Counted from the first letter of the stretch, positions 1-9,621 are shown. The stretch: 64,000 nucleotides of DNA from Alphaproteobacteria bacterium (GCA_013203465.1 JABMNR010000089.1:2487-66486), one strand, 5' to 3'. Made by a program: numbers and translations. Notes: generated by a model from the letters alone, not told the origin.

Positions 1-67
1 GGTCCCCCGCCGCCGACAGCGCCGCGTAGCGCTCATCAAGATCGAAGAAACCGGGCTGAGCCGACAT
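1..67 (-). CDS. 5' end of a transposase-like gene running off the left edge (IS5-family-like N-terminus)
   Basis: Reverse-strand ATG at 67 preceded by GGAGGA. The 22 visible codons MSAQPGFFDLDERYAALSAAGD resemble the GFFDxDERL..LS..GD start I associate with one IS5-family transposase group. Only a fragment is visible. Confidence 0.35.
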   Translation of the reverse strand, partial: MSAQPGFFDLDERYAALSAAGD

Positions 68-254
68 CGCATCCTCCATCAAACCGACGAGGGAAGTGAA
101 TCAGATCACCGACGAATTGACGAGGTTTTTAGAGGCGTCCGGTTGCCTTCTTTCCGATGACGGCGGCAACTCGCGCGGAGCGGCCCCTCTCGCCTTCCGC
201 ACGACGTCGCCCTACCCTCTCGCCGTCAGCGTCCGCCACCGCCCGGAGATCCCC

Positions 255-1604
255 ATGCCCTCGATCGTCGTAACCTCGAAGCTGTTCGGTTCCATGTTCG
301 GCACCGAGGCGATGCGGGCGCTGTTCAGCGACGACACCTTGGTCCAGCACTATCTCGACGTGGAGGTCGCCCTGGCGCGGGCGCAGGCGCGGCTCGGCGT
401 GATCCCGGCCGCCGCCGCCGAGGCGATCGCGGCGGCCGCCGACATCGGGCGCGTCGACTGGGACCGGATGTCCCGGCGCACCCAGATCGTCGGCTACCCG
501 ATCCTGCCGCTGGTCGAGCAGCTGTCGGGCTGGGCCGAGGGCGGGCTCGGGCAATACTGTCATTGGGGCGCGACGACCCAGGACATCATGGACACCGCCG
601 ACGTGCTGCAACTACGCGCGGCGCTGGATCTGATCGAGGCGGACCTCAAGGCGACGGCGGACGCGCTGGCCGCCCTGGCGCGGGAGCATGCCGAGACCCC
701 GATGGCCGGGCGGACCCATCTGCAGCACGCGCTGCCGATCAGCTTCGGCTACAAATGCGCGACCTGGCTGTCGGCCCTCGACCGGCATCGGGAGCGATTG
801 CGCGAGCTGCGGGGCCGGGTCGAGGTCGTCCAGTTCTCCGGCGCCGCCGGCACCCTGGCCTCGCTCGGCGACGCCGGGCTGCCGACCCAGACGGCGCTGG
901 CCGAGGAATTGGGCCTGGCGGTGCCGGACATCACCTGGCACACCATCCGCGACGGCTTCGCCGAGGCCACCGGGTTCCTGGCGCTGCTGAGCGGCACGGT
1001 CGGCAAGATCGGCTACGACATCATGCTGATGATGCAGACCGAGGTGGGCGAGGTGTTCGAGCCGTTCGTCACCGGGCGCGGCGCCAGCTCGACCATGCCG
1101 CAGAAGCGCAACCCGATCGCCTCGGAGATGATGCTGGCGGCGGCAAAGATCGTGCGCGAGCAGCATTCCGCCATGCTTGACGCCATGGTTCAGGACCACG
1201 AACGCGCGACCGGCCAATGGCATGTCGAGTGGCACGCGCTGCCGACCGCCTTCATCATCGCCTCGGCCGGGTTGCGCGCCGCCCGCGAGACGTTGGAGGG
1301 GCTAGAGGTGCGGCCCGAGGCCATGCGCCGCGTGCTGGACACCACCCAGGGCCTGATCGTCGCCGAGGCGGTGATGATGGGGCTGGCCCCGCAGTTCGGC
1401 CGCCAACGCGCCCACGATATTGTCTATGAGTGCTGTCGGGAGGCGTTGAGCTCGGCGGCTTCGTTCGTCGATCTGTTGATGGCGCGGGAGGAGATAGCCC
1501 GCACCTTGTCGCGGGAAGACGTCGAACGCCTCGCCGATCCGGCCAACTACCTGGGCTCCGCCGCCGAAATGACGAACCGCTTGCTGCAAGCGCGGCAATC
1601 CTGA
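255..1604 (+). CDS. pcaB: 3-carboxy-cis,cis-muconate cycloisomerase-like enzyme (fumarate-lyase superfamily)
   Basis: Track ORF 96..1604. Fumarate-lyase signature GASSTMPQKRNP. N-terminal LFGSMFGTEAMRALFSD...LDVEVALARAQA pattern is typical of PcaB. Start moved to ATG 255 (GGAGA 6 nt upstream, about 450 aa). The next gene is an intradiol dioxygenase. Confidence 0.75.
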   Translation: MPSIVVTSKLFGSMFGTEAMRALFSDDTLVQHYLDVEVALARAQARLGVIPAAAAEAIAAAADIGRVDWDRMSRRTQIVGYPILPLVEQLSGWAEGGLGQYCHWGATTQDIMDTADVLQLRAALDLIEADLKATADALAALAREHAETPMAGRTHLQHALPISFGYKCATWLSALDRHRERLRELRGRVEVVQFSGAAGTLASLGDAGLPTQTALAEELGLAVPDITWHTIRDGFAEATGFLALLSGTVGKIGYDIMLMMQTEVGEVFEPFVTGRGASSTMPQKRNPIASEMMLAAAKIVREQHSAMLDAMVQDHERATGQWHVEWHALPTAFIIASAGLRAARETLEGLEVRPEAMRRVLDTTQGLIVAEAVMMGLAPQFGRQRAHDIVYECCREALSSAASFVDLLMAREEIARTLSREDVERLADPANYLGSAAEMTNRLLQARQS

Positions 1605-1680
1605 TCGGTGACAGTGTTTTCCCGCATCCGCGTTCCAGCTTACGATCGTCCTCGCGACGGTGTTCAATGGGAGTCACGAG

Positions 1681-2571
1681 ATGCACGACGACGACACGAT
1701 CGCCTATTTCACTGAGCGAAACTCGGCCGATGTCGTGATCGCCCGGATGGCAAACGCCAAGAACCCGCGCCTGGCGGAGGTCATGCGATCAATGATCACC
1801 CACCTGCACGCCGTGGTGAAGGAGGTCGAACCGACCTACGAGGAATGGGAGCAGGCGATCACGTTCCTCACCGCCACCGGCAAGATGTGCGACGACAAAA
1901 GCCAGGAATGGATATTGCTGTCCGACGTGCTGGGCGTCTCGATGCTGGTCGACGCGATCAACACCCGCCGCCCGTCCGGCGCCACCGAGAACACCGTGCT
2001 AGGCCCGTTTCACGTCGACGACGTGCCGGAGCGGGAGACCGGCGCCACGATCTCCGACGACGGCAAGGGCGAACCTTTGGTGGTTTCCGGCCGGGTGCTG
2101 GACATCGACGGCAAGCCGATCGCCGGCGCGGTGATCGACACCTGGCAGGCCAGCCACGACGGTTTCTACGACAACCAGCAACCGGATGTTCAGCCGGAGC
2201 ATAACCTGCGCGGCATCTTCCGCACCGACGCCGAGGGCCGGTTCCGATACCGCACGATCAAGCCCTGCCATTACGGCATTCCTGATGACGGGCCGGTCGG
2301 CAAGCTGTTGGAGGGATTGAACCGGGGCAACGTGCGGCCGGCGCATCTGCACTACATCGTCCGCGCCCCCGGATACGAAACCGTCACCACCCACATTTTC
2401 GTCAAGGGCGACCCCTATCTCGACCAAGACGCGGTGTTCGGGGTGAAGGAAAGCCTGATCGTCGATGTCGACCACCATGACGACCCGGCCAAGGCGGCGG
2501 CGCTGGGGGTGGCCGACCCATTCTGGACCGTCGAAACTGACTTCGTGCTGACCCCCGCGAAGAGCGCTTGA
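1681..2571 (+). CDS. intradiol ring-cleavage dioxygenase (hydroxyquinol/catechol 1,2-dioxygenase family)
   Basis: Track ORF 1660..2571. Catalytic core with RPAHLHY and GYETVTTHIF motifs plus the helical N-terminal region of 1,2-dioxygenases. ATG 1681 has GGGAG 7 nt upstream. Confidence 0.85.
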   Translation: MHDDDTIAYFTERNSADVVIARMANAKNPRLAEVMRSMITHLHAVVKEVEPTYEEWEQAITFLTATGKMCDDKSQEWILLSDVLGVSMLVDAINTRRPSGATENTVLGPFHVDDVPERETGATISDDGKGEPLVVSGRVLDIDGKPIAGAVIDTWQASHDGFYDNQQPDVQPEHNLRGIFRTDAEGRFRYRTIKPCHYGIPDDGPVGKLLEGLNRGNVRPAHLHYIVRAPGYETVTTHIFVKGDPYLDQDAVFGVKESLIVDVDHHDDPAKAAALGVADPFWTVETDFVLTPAKSA

Positions 2572-2574
2572 TCG

Positions 2575-3081
2575 ATGATGCCGACGGCATTGACAGTGAA
2601 GTTGGCCAAGACAGTGCTGGTTTTCAGTATAGGACTGTTCGCCGCTCTTGCTGGCATCGGCAACATACTCGATCCGGCAACCAACTATAGCTTTGTCGAG
2701 CACGTCTTGACGATGGACACGGTTTTTCCGAACAACCCGCTCGCGGCGCAACGTGCAATCACTGACTCGACACTGCATAAGCTTGCCTTCTGGCTGATCG
2801 TACTGACCGAACTCGTGGTCGCCGGGCTGTGTTTCTGGGGCACTATCCAACTACTCATGACGATGCGGTCGCCAGCTGTTGTCTATAATGCAGCCAAGGG
2901 ACCGGCCGTCGCGGGCCTTTGTCTTGCCGTCGTGCTGTGGTTCACCGGCTTCGTCGCGGTCGGCGGCGAATGGTTTCTGATGTGGCAATCAAGCGATTGG
3001 AACGGGATCGCCGCCGCTTTTCGATTTGCCGCCAGCGCGTTCCTGGCGTTGATTTTTCTCGTGCTGGAAGACCGAGACTGA
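2575..3081 (+). CDS. small integral membrane protein (DUF2165-like)
   Basis: 168 aa with four hydrophobic helices. N-terminal pattern LAGIGNILDPATNYSFVEHVLTMDTVFP resembles DUF2165 as I recall it. Starts 4 nt after the dioxygenase stop. Confidence 0.5.
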   Translation: MMPTALTVKLAKTVLVFSIGLFAALAGIGNILDPATNYSFVEHVLTMDTVFPNNPLAAQRAITDSTLHKLAFWLIVLTELVVAGLCFWGTIQLLMTMRSPAVVYNAAKGPAVAGLCLAVVLWFTGFVAVGGEWFLMWQSSDWNGIAAAFRFAASAFLALIFLVLEDRD

Positions 3082-3146
3082 TTGGGTGGCCGAAACAGCG
3101 AGGCAAGCAGAACTCGGGCTAACGACTCCAGGTTGAGGAATTCCCG

Positions 3147-6100
3147 ATGAGATCCGGATCACTGGCAGACCACCTCAATTTGACCGCGCATCGCCAAACG
3201 GTTCGCGCCCACACTCTGGCGCCCGAAGGGCCGTTGGTCGCGACACTCGCCAAAGCGACCCGCCTCTCCGCCGTCGAGCGTGACGCGGTCTCGGCGAAGG
3301 CCGCCGACTACGTCCGGCGGGTGCGGGGCAGCACTACGCCCACGGTGATGGAAAGCTTTCTGTCGGAGTACGGCCTGTCGACCGACGAAGGGGTCGGCTT
3401 GATGTGTCTGGCCGAGGCGCTGTTGCGGGTACCGGACGCCGAGACCATCGACGCGCTGATCAGCGACAAGATCGAGCCCTCGAACTGGGGCGCGCATCTG
3501 GGTAAATCCCACTCTTCGCTGGTCAATGCCTCGACCTGGGCGCTGATGTTGACCGGCAAGGTCCTGGACCATGACCCGACCCATCCCGCCGCCGCCCTGC
3601 GCGGCCTGATCCGGCGGGTTGGTGAGCCGGTGGTGCGCACCGCCGTCGCCCAGTCGATGCGGCTGCTCGGCCGGCAGTTCGTGCTCGGAGAGATCATCGA
3701 CGAGGCGCTCGATCGTGCCGCGGATCTGGAGTGCGCCGACTACACCCATTCCTACGACATGCTGGGCGAGGCGGCGCGCACCGACGCCGACGCCTTGCGC
3801 TACATGGCGGCGTACAAGGGCGCGATCGAGGCGATCGCCGCCCGCGCCACCGGGGACATCCGATCCAGCCCCGGCATCTCGGTCAAGCTCTCGGCCTTGC
3901 ATCCCCGTTATGAGTACACCCACCGGTCGACGGTGCTGAGCGTGCTGGCGCCCCGTGCACTGGAGTTGGCGCGTTTCGCCGCCGCCGCCAATATCGGCTT
4001 CAACATCGACGCCGAGGAAGCCGATCGCCTCGACCTGTCGCTCGACGTGATCGAGCATATTCTGAGCGATTCCGCGCTCGTCAGCTGGGACGGGTTCGGT
4101 GTCGTCGTCCAAGCTTACGGTAAACGCGCCGGCCCGGTGATCGACTGGCTGCACGCCTTGGCCGAGCGGCTTGATCGCCGGATCATGGTGCGTCTGGTCA
4201 AGGGCGCGTACTGGGACACCGAGATCAAACTCGCCCAGGAACTGGGAATCGACGGCTTTCCGGTCTTCACCCGCAAGGTAAACACCGATGTCAGCTATCT
4301 GAGTTGCGCCCGCCGCCTGCTGGATTGCCGCGACCGGATTTACCCGCAATTCGCCACCCATAACGCTCATACCGTTGCCGCCGTGTTGGCGATGGCAGGC
4401 GACAGCGACAGCGACAGCTTCGAGTTCCAGCGGCTCCACGGCATGGGCGAGGCGCTGCACGACATCGTCAAGCAGGCGGAAGGCACGCGCTGCCGGATCT
4501 ACGCCCCGGTCGGCGCCCACCGCGATCTGCTGGCCTATCTCGTGCGGCGGTTGCTGGAGAACGGCGCCAACAGCTCCTTCGTGCACCAAATCGTCGACCA
4601 CGACATCAGCCCCGAGGACATCGCCCGCTGCCCCATCACCACCGCCCTCGCCCATGGCGACGCCGCCGCCAACCCGGCGATCCGCCCGCCACCGGCGCTG
4701 TTCGGCCCTGGCCGCGTGAACGCCAAGGGGTGGAACATCAATGAGCCTGCCTCGATTCTGCCGGTACTGGAGGCGCGGGAACGGTTCCGCGGTCACCGTT
4801 GGCGCGCCGCCCCGATGTTGGCCGCGCCATACGCCGGAACGGGAACACCCCGGCCGGCGCTCAACCCCGCCGATCCTCGCGACCAGGTCGGCGAGGTGAT
4901 CGAGGCGACGGCGGCGGATGTCGCATCGGCGCTCGACGCGGCGGTGCAAGCAACGGGTCCCTGGTCGCGCGTCCCGGTCACCGAACGCAGCGCGATCCTG
5001 CGCCGGACAGCCGATCTGTACGAAGCCAACGCCGTCGAATTCTTCGCCCTGGCGACACGCGAGGCCGGTAAGACTTTACGTGACGGCATCGCCGAGGTGC
5101 GCGAGGCGGTCGACTTCCTGCGCTACTACGCCAACGAGGCCGAGCGATTGGAGGTCGAGGAACCCGGATCGGCGCGCGGTGTCTTCGTTTGCATCTCGCC
5201 GTGGAACTTCCCGCTGGCGATCTTCACCGGCCAGATCGCGGCGGCCCTGGCGGCGGGCAACGCGGTAATCGCCAAACCGGCGGAGCAGACCCCGTTGATC
5301 GCCGCCCGCGCCGTCGAGTTGATGCGTGAGGGCGGGATACCCGACGCGGCGTTGCAACTGCTGCCGGGCGATGGGCCAACCGTCGGCGCGCCGCTCACGG
5401 CCGACCCGCGCATTGCCGGGGTGTGTTTCACCGGCTCGACCGAGGTCGCTCGCCTGATCGACCGCACCATGGCCGCGACGGCCGCCCCGGATGCGACGCT
5501 GATCGCCGAGACTGGCGGTTTGAACGCCATGATCGTGGATTCCTCCGCCCTGACCGAGCAGGCGGTGCGTGACATCTTGATCTCGGCGTTCCAAAGCGCT
5601 GGCCAACGCTGTTCGGCGCTGCGGATACTCTATGTTCAGGAGGAAGCTCGCACCCGGTTGTTGACGATGCTGCACGGCGCCATGGAGGCCCTCCGTATCG
5701 GTGATCCTTGGGACCTCGACACCGATGTCTCGCCGGTGATCGACGCCGAGGCTCAGCACGAAATCCTCGGCTATTGCGCCGCGATGGAGGTGAAAGGACG
5801 CTTGCACCATCGCCCGCCCGCCCCTGGGACGGGAACCTTCGTGCCGCCCTGCGTCGTCGAGGTGAGCGGCATCGCCGAGATGGAGCGCGAGGTGTTCGGC
5901 CCGATCCTGCATATCGCGTCCTACAAAGCGCGCGATCTCGACGCCGTGGTCGACGCCATCAACGCCCGCGGCTACGGGTTGACCTTCGGGCTGCACACCC
6001 GGATCGACGACCGGGTGCAGCAGGTGGTGGACCGCATCCGCGTCGGCAATCTCTACGTCAACCGCGACCAGATCGGCGCCATCGTCGGCTCGCAACCGTT

Positions 6101-6821
6101 CGGTGGCGAGGGGTTGTCGGGGACCGGGCCAAAGGCTGGCGGGCCGCATTACGTCGCACGCTTCCGCCGCACAGAAGGTGAGCGGACCGCCGAATTCGAC
6201 AACCTTTCTAGCCAAACGGTCACGCACGCCAAGGTCCAGGCCGTTCTCGATCGGCTAGACGCCACGAGATGGGCGGTTCGGACAGACCGCTTGGAGATCG
6301 TGCAGACCGCGTTCGCGTCCCTCGACGACCCGGGCATCGGCGCCACGCTGGCGGCGTGCGCGCGGCACGCCCCGACGCCACGCACCCTGCCGGGACCAAC
6401 CGGCGAGAGCAATCGGCTGTTGCTGCACCCACGCGGCACCGCGCTGTGCCTGGGCCCCACGGCGAGCTTGGCGTTGAGCCAAGCCGCCCAAGCCCTGGCG
6501 GCGGGCTGCGCGGCGTTAATGATCGCGCCGGGAGCCGTCGCCCTCGCGACCCCGCTGAACACGGCGGGCCTGCCGATCGCGGCGATCGATGACGTGCTCG
6601 ACGCCGAGGCGCTCGACAAACTTTCTGGATTCGATGTCGTCGCGGCAGCCGGCGCCTCGCCCTCGGTCGCAGCGTACCGCCAGGCGCTGGCACACCGCGA
6701 TGGGCCAATCCTGCCGCTGGTGACCGAGATCATTGCCCCCGGACGTTATCTCATCGAGCGCCATCTGTGCATCGACACCACGGCGGCCGGCGGCAACGCC
6801 AGTCTGCTCGCCTCCACCTGA
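3147..6821 (+). CDS. putA: bifunctional proline dehydrogenase / L-glutamate gamma-semialdehyde (P5C) dehydrogenase
   Basis: 1224 aa. N-terminal proline dehydrogenase barrel (YDMLGEAA, VKGAYWD). Aldehyde dehydrogenase half with ETGGLNA Glu motif and catalytic-Cys motif FQSAGQRCSALR. GAGGA upstream of the ATG. Confidence 0.95.
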   Translation: MRSGSLADHLNLTAHRQTVRAHTLAPEGPLVATLAKATRLSAVERDAVSAKAADYVRRVRGSTTPTVMESFLSEYGLSTDEGVGLMCLAEALLRVPDAETIDALISDKIEPSNWGAHLGKSHSSLVNASTWALMLTGKVLDHDPTHPAAALRGLIRRVGEPVVRTAVAQSMRLLGRQFVLGEIIDEALDRAADLECADYTHSYDMLGEAARTDADALRYMAAYKGAIEAIAARATGDIRSSPGISVKLSALHPRYEYTHRSTVLSVLAPRALELARFAAAANIGFNIDAEEADRLDLSLDVIEHILSDSALVSWDGFGVVVQAYGKRAGPVIDWLHALAERLDRRIMVRLVKGAYWDTEIKLAQELGIDGFPVFTRKVNTDVSYLSCARRLLDCRDRIYPQFATHNAHTVAAVLAMAGDSDSDSFEFQRLHGMGEALHDIVKQAEGTRCRIYAPVGAHRDLLAYLVRRLLENGANSSFVHQIVDHDISPEDIARCPITTALAHGDAAANPAIRPPPALFGPGRVNAKGWNINEPASILPVLEARERFRGHRWRAAPMLAAPYAGTGTPRPALNPADPRDQVGEVIEATAADVASALDAAVQATGPWSRVPVTERSAILRRTADLYEANAVEFFALATREAGKTLRDGIAEVREAVDFLRYYANEAERLEVEEPGSARGVFVCISPWNFPLAIFTGQIAAALAAGNAVIAKPAEQTPLIAARAVELMREGGIPDAALQLLPGDGPTVGAPLTADPRIAGVCFTGSTEVARLIDRTMAATAAPDATLIAETGGLNAMIVDSSALTEQAVRDILISAFQSAGQRCSALRILYVQEEARTRLLTMLHGAMEALRIGDPWDLDTDVSPVIDAEAQHEILGYCAAMEVKGRLHHRPPAPGTGTFVPPCVVEVSGIAEMEREVFGPILHIASYKARDLDAVVDAINARGYGLTFGLHTRIDDRVQQVVDRIRVGNLYVNRDQIGAIVGSQPFGGEGLSGTGPKAGGPHYVARFRRTEGERTAEFDNLSSQTVTHAKVQAVLDRLDATRWAVRTDRLEIVQTAFASLDDPGIGATLAACARHAPTPRTLPGPTGESNRLLLHPRGTALCLGPTASLALSQAAQALAAGCAALMIAPGAVALATPLNTAGLPIAAIDDVLDAEALDKLSGFDVVAAAGASPSVAAYRQALAHRDGPILPLVTEIIAPGRYLIERHLCIDTTAAGGNASLLAST

Positions 6822-6840
6822 CCGCACCAAGATCCGTCGC

Positions 6841-7992
6841 TCAGAGCGTGTCCAACGCTTGGGTTAGATCGCCAACCAGATCGTCGACATGCTCGATCCC
6901 AACGGCGATGCGGATCAGATCCTCCGGCACCGGGCTGTCCGGTCCCTCGGTCGAGCGGCGATGCTCGACCAAGCTCTCGGTGCCGCCGAGCGAGGTGGCG
7001 CTGACGAACACATCCATCGCCCGCATGACCTGCAGCGCACCTTCCTTGCCGCCGGCGACGCGGATCGACAGCATGCCGCTGAACCCGCCGGTCATCTGCT
7101 TGACGGCGGTCGCATGACCGGGATGTGTCGGCAAGCCGGGATACAACACGTGGATGACCTTCGGGTGGCGCGCTGCCACCTCGGCCAGGGCGAGCGCGTT
7201 GGCCGAGGCCTGGCGCACCCGCAAATGCAAGGTCCGCATGCCGCGCAGCAGCAACCATGCCTCCTGCGGACCGATCACGGTGCCCAGATTTTTGCGTATG
7301 CCCTCGATCCGTGCCCAGTATGCGTCGCGCGTGTTGGTGGCGAGCACACCCGCCAGCACATCGCTGTGGCCGTTCAGGAATTTGGTCGCCGAGTGCATGA
7401 CGATATCGGCGCCATGTTCCAGCGGCCGGGTCAGCACCGGGGTGGCGACGGTGGAATCAACCGCCAGCCGCGCGCCGGCCGCGTGGGCGATCTCGGCGGC
7501 ACCAGCGATGTCGACCACGTCCCACAGCGGGTTGGCCGGGGTTTCGATCCACACCAGCTTGGTCTTGCCCGGGCGAACGGTCGCACGCAGCTCGTCGAGA
7601 TTGCCAGCCGAGGCATACTCGACCTCCACCCCCCAGCGCGTGGCGAAATCATTGAGCCAGGCGCGCACACCCCAATAGATTACGTCCTGCACCACCACAT
7701 GATCGCCCGGATCCAACGCCAGGAAGGGTGCCGTCGCCGCCGACATGCCAGACGCCATCACCAAGGCGACCTCGGCCCCCTCCAAGCGGGCGAGCAGCGC
7801 CTCGACCTGGTGATAGGTCGGGTTGCCGGAGCGGGTGTAGCTGTAGCCGGGGCCGTGCATGTCGCCGGGCGGTCGCTCATACGTGGTCGCCGAATGGATC
7901 GGCGGCACCAGCGCGCCAGTCGCCGGATCGACATACCCAAGTGCCTGCGCGGCCAGGGTTTCGGGCGCGAGAGTGCGGTTCGTCGATGTCAT
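6841..7992 (-). CDS. Cys/Met-metabolism PLP enzyme (cystathionine gamma-synthase / beta-lyase / gamma-lyase family)
   Basis: 383 aa. PLP-lysine motif HSATKFLNGHSD, family-typical YTRSGNPT and GGTESL motifs. Confidence 0.85.
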   Translation of the reverse strand: MTSTNRTLAPETLAAQALGYVDPATGALVPPIHSATTYERPPGDMHGPGYSYTRSGNPTYHQVEALLARLEGAEVALVMASGMSAATAPFLALDPGDHVVVQDVIYWGVRAWLNDFATRWGVEVEYASAGNLDELRATVRPGKTKLVWIETPANPLWDVVDIAGAAEIAHAAGARLAVDSTVATPVLTRPLEHGADIVMHSATKFLNGHSDVLAGVLATNTRDAYWARIEGIRKNLGTVIGPQEAWLLLRGMRTLHLRVRQASANALALAEVAARHPKVIHVLYPGLPTHPGHATAVKQMTGGFSGMLSIRVAGGKEGALQVMRAMDVFVSATSLGGTESLVEHRRSTEGPDSPVPEDLIRIAVGIEHVDDLVGDLTQALDTL

Positions 7993-8597
7993 GCGGGAGT
8001 TCCCTTGGGCAGATAGGGATAGGTATCGGCGGAGAAAAAACCCGCGAGACGGGTGCGTTCAGCGAGACGGCGGTCACCATCGCCGATACCGACAAGAAAC
8101 ACCGATGGCGGCGGTAAGCCAAGCCGGGACAGCGCAGCCAGGATAACTTCCCCAGTATCAACCCTCCCGGTATCCGGTCCCGATCCAGACCGATCCGTTG
8201 CGAGCCAATGATCAAGGCAGGAATCAAGAGCCGACCGCATGTCGTCCGCGGCACGGCATTCCGTCAGTGCGATGCGGACAAGGCCGGTAACGTGACTCAA
8301 CGCCGCGGCCAGCGATCCCCAAGCCGTCGGCTCCAGCGTCATCGCCTCACCGTCCAGGCGCAACAAAACGGCCCGAGGGCCGCGACCGTTCTGCAGCAAC
8401 AAAGAGACATAGCGCCGATAGTCGAGCCCAGCCGCCTGCGCCCGCTTCAACCGTCGTGTCACAACCGTCCGGTCCGGCGTGCGCCACGCGGCTTTATGCG
8501 CCCGTTGCCAGCAATGCTGCCCCCAGCGGTTGGTCAGTGACGGACCGCCATTGTGTCCAATCCCAGGAATCCGGTATGTTTCCGCAATAGAAGACAT
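7989..8597 (-). CDS. hypothetical protein with GHNGGP N-terminal motif
   Basis: 202-aa ORF with coding-like third-position bias. Its stop overlaps the downstream PLP-enzyme start (ATGA). AGAGG 4 nt upstream of ATG 8597. No recognisable domain. Confidence 0.6.
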   Translation of the reverse strand: MSSIAETYRIPGIGHNGGPSLTNRWGQHCWQRAHKAAWRTPDRTVVTRRLKRAQAAGLDYRRYVSLLLQNGRGPRAVLLRLDGEAMTLEPTAWGSLAAALSHVTGLVRIALTECRAADDMRSALDSCLDHWLATDRSGSGPDTGRVDTGEVILAALSRLGLPPPSVFLVGIGDGDRRLAERTRLAGFFSADTYPYLPKGTPA

Positions 8598-8601
8598 TCA
8601 T

Positions 8602-8613
8602 CCTCTATAGAGG
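8602..8613. promoter_or_regulatory. perfect 12-bp palindrome CCTCTATAGAGG filling a 22-bp divergent intergenic gap
   Basis: Read directly. Each arm supplies an AGAGG Shine-Dalgarno-like element for one of the two divergent genes (ATG 8597 on the - strand, ATG 8620 on the + strand). Candidate operator for the adjacent XRE regulator. Confidence 0.4.
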
Positions 8614-8619
8614 AAAAAA

Positions 8620-9198
8620 ATGCCTGCTGTCGAGACCGAGCTTGATCTTGTGGCCTTGGGTCATCGCGTGCGCGCGTTGCGTTCGGCACAATCGATGACC
8701 CTGGCGTCTTTAGCGACAGCGGCCAAGTTGAGCGTGAGTATGCTGTCCTCGGTTGAGCGAGGGGAAAAGGCCCCCACCATTGTGGTTCTGCATCGCATCG
8801 CCCTCGCCCTTGATGTCTCGATCGGACGTCTGGTGGTGGACGACAGTTCGGTTCCCGTTCATGTGCTCCCGAGTAACCAACAGGTCGTTTTACCGGGTCC
8901 GGGAGGCTGGACCCGCCGGATCGTCTCTCCGGTGGTTCCCGATATCGAATTCGAGATGATGGAAACCACGGTCCCGCCACGCATGGACGCGGGTGTTTTT
9001 GATCCGCACGCTGATGATTTCCACGAGTACTTATACGTGCTGGAAGGCACGCTTACGCTGACCCTGGATCGTGTTGAGCACGTTCTAGAAGCCGGCGACG
9101 CGATCCATTACGAAGGAAACTGCCGCCACGCCTACCGGAACAACGGCACACAGCCATGCCGGTTTGTGCTGGCCATGTTCTCGGCAGCGCGCCACTAA
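8620..9198 (+). CDS. XRE-family transcriptional regulator with C-terminal cupin domain
   Basis: N-terminal HTH LGHRVRALRSAQSMTLASLATAAKLSVSMLSSVERGEK. C-terminal cupin strands (YVLEGTLTLTLD...GDAIHYEGNCRHAYRN). Confidence 0.85.
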   Translation: MPAVETELDLVALGHRVRALRSAQSMTLASLATAAKLSVSMLSSVERGEKAPTIVVLHRIALALDVSIGRLVVDDSSVPVHVLPSNQQVVLPGPGGWTRRIVSPVVPDIEFEMMETTVPPRMDAGVFDPHADDFHEYLYVLEGTLTLTLDRVEHVLEAGDAIHYEGNCRHAYRNNGTQPCRFVLAMFSAARH

Positions 9199-9205
9199 AG
9201 AAAAA

Positions 9206-9229
9206 GCGGCACCGCCTAAACGGTGCCGC
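9206..9229 (-). terminator. rho-independent terminator-like hairpin
   Basis: GCGGCACCG-cctaaa-CGGTGCCGC is a perfect 9-bp stem. On the - strand it is followed by TTTTTCTTT. It lies downstream of the small - strand gene 9286..9474. Confidence 0.6.
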
Positions 9230-9285
9230 GAGGTATCCGGCGAGCCGGACAGGGAGGGATGCCGGGAACGACCCCCGGCCGAGCG

Positions 9286-9474
9286 TTAGGCTGTCATGCC
9301 GCAGTCTGAACAACCAAGCCGGTGGCTGGCCCGGTGGCCAAGGGCCGACCGAATCAAACCACGAACCGCCTTGGTGAGATCGGCGAAACCATTGCGAACC
9401 GCCTCGGCCTGCAAACGGCGGCCAAGAGCGGTATATCGAGCGATATCAGCGGTGCTAAGATCAATGCGGGTCAT
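9286..9474 (-). CDS. small hypothetical protein (62 aa)
   Basis: Strong AGGAGG 5 nt upstream of ATG 9474 and a terminator hairpin downstream. Divergent from the LysR gene. No recognisable domain. Confidence 0.55.
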   Translation of the reverse strand: MTRIDLSTADIARYTALGRRLQAEAVRNGFADLTKAVRGLIRSALGHRASHRLGCSDCGMTA

Positions 9475-9621
9475 GGATGCCTCCTATGAATCCGAATGCG
9501 TCGGTTGGGGCTCCGGCGACCCCCGACGATTGAACGTTGCGATCGGGGGGTCGTCGTTGCTGTTGTGAGAAAGCTAGTCTCTTTACCCAGAATTGGTAAT
9601 GACGTATAAATTCACCTCATT

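Noticed and set aside
3159-4949. 596-aa ORF antisense to putA. Similar shadow ORFs: 5076..6227, 6889..8016, 11951..13072, 40412..41470, 41534..42241, 45305..46201, 48264..49079
   Set aside because: All overlap strongly supported genes on the opposite strand and have Arg/Gly/Pro-rich translations without recognisable domains. They are high-GC antisense artefacts.
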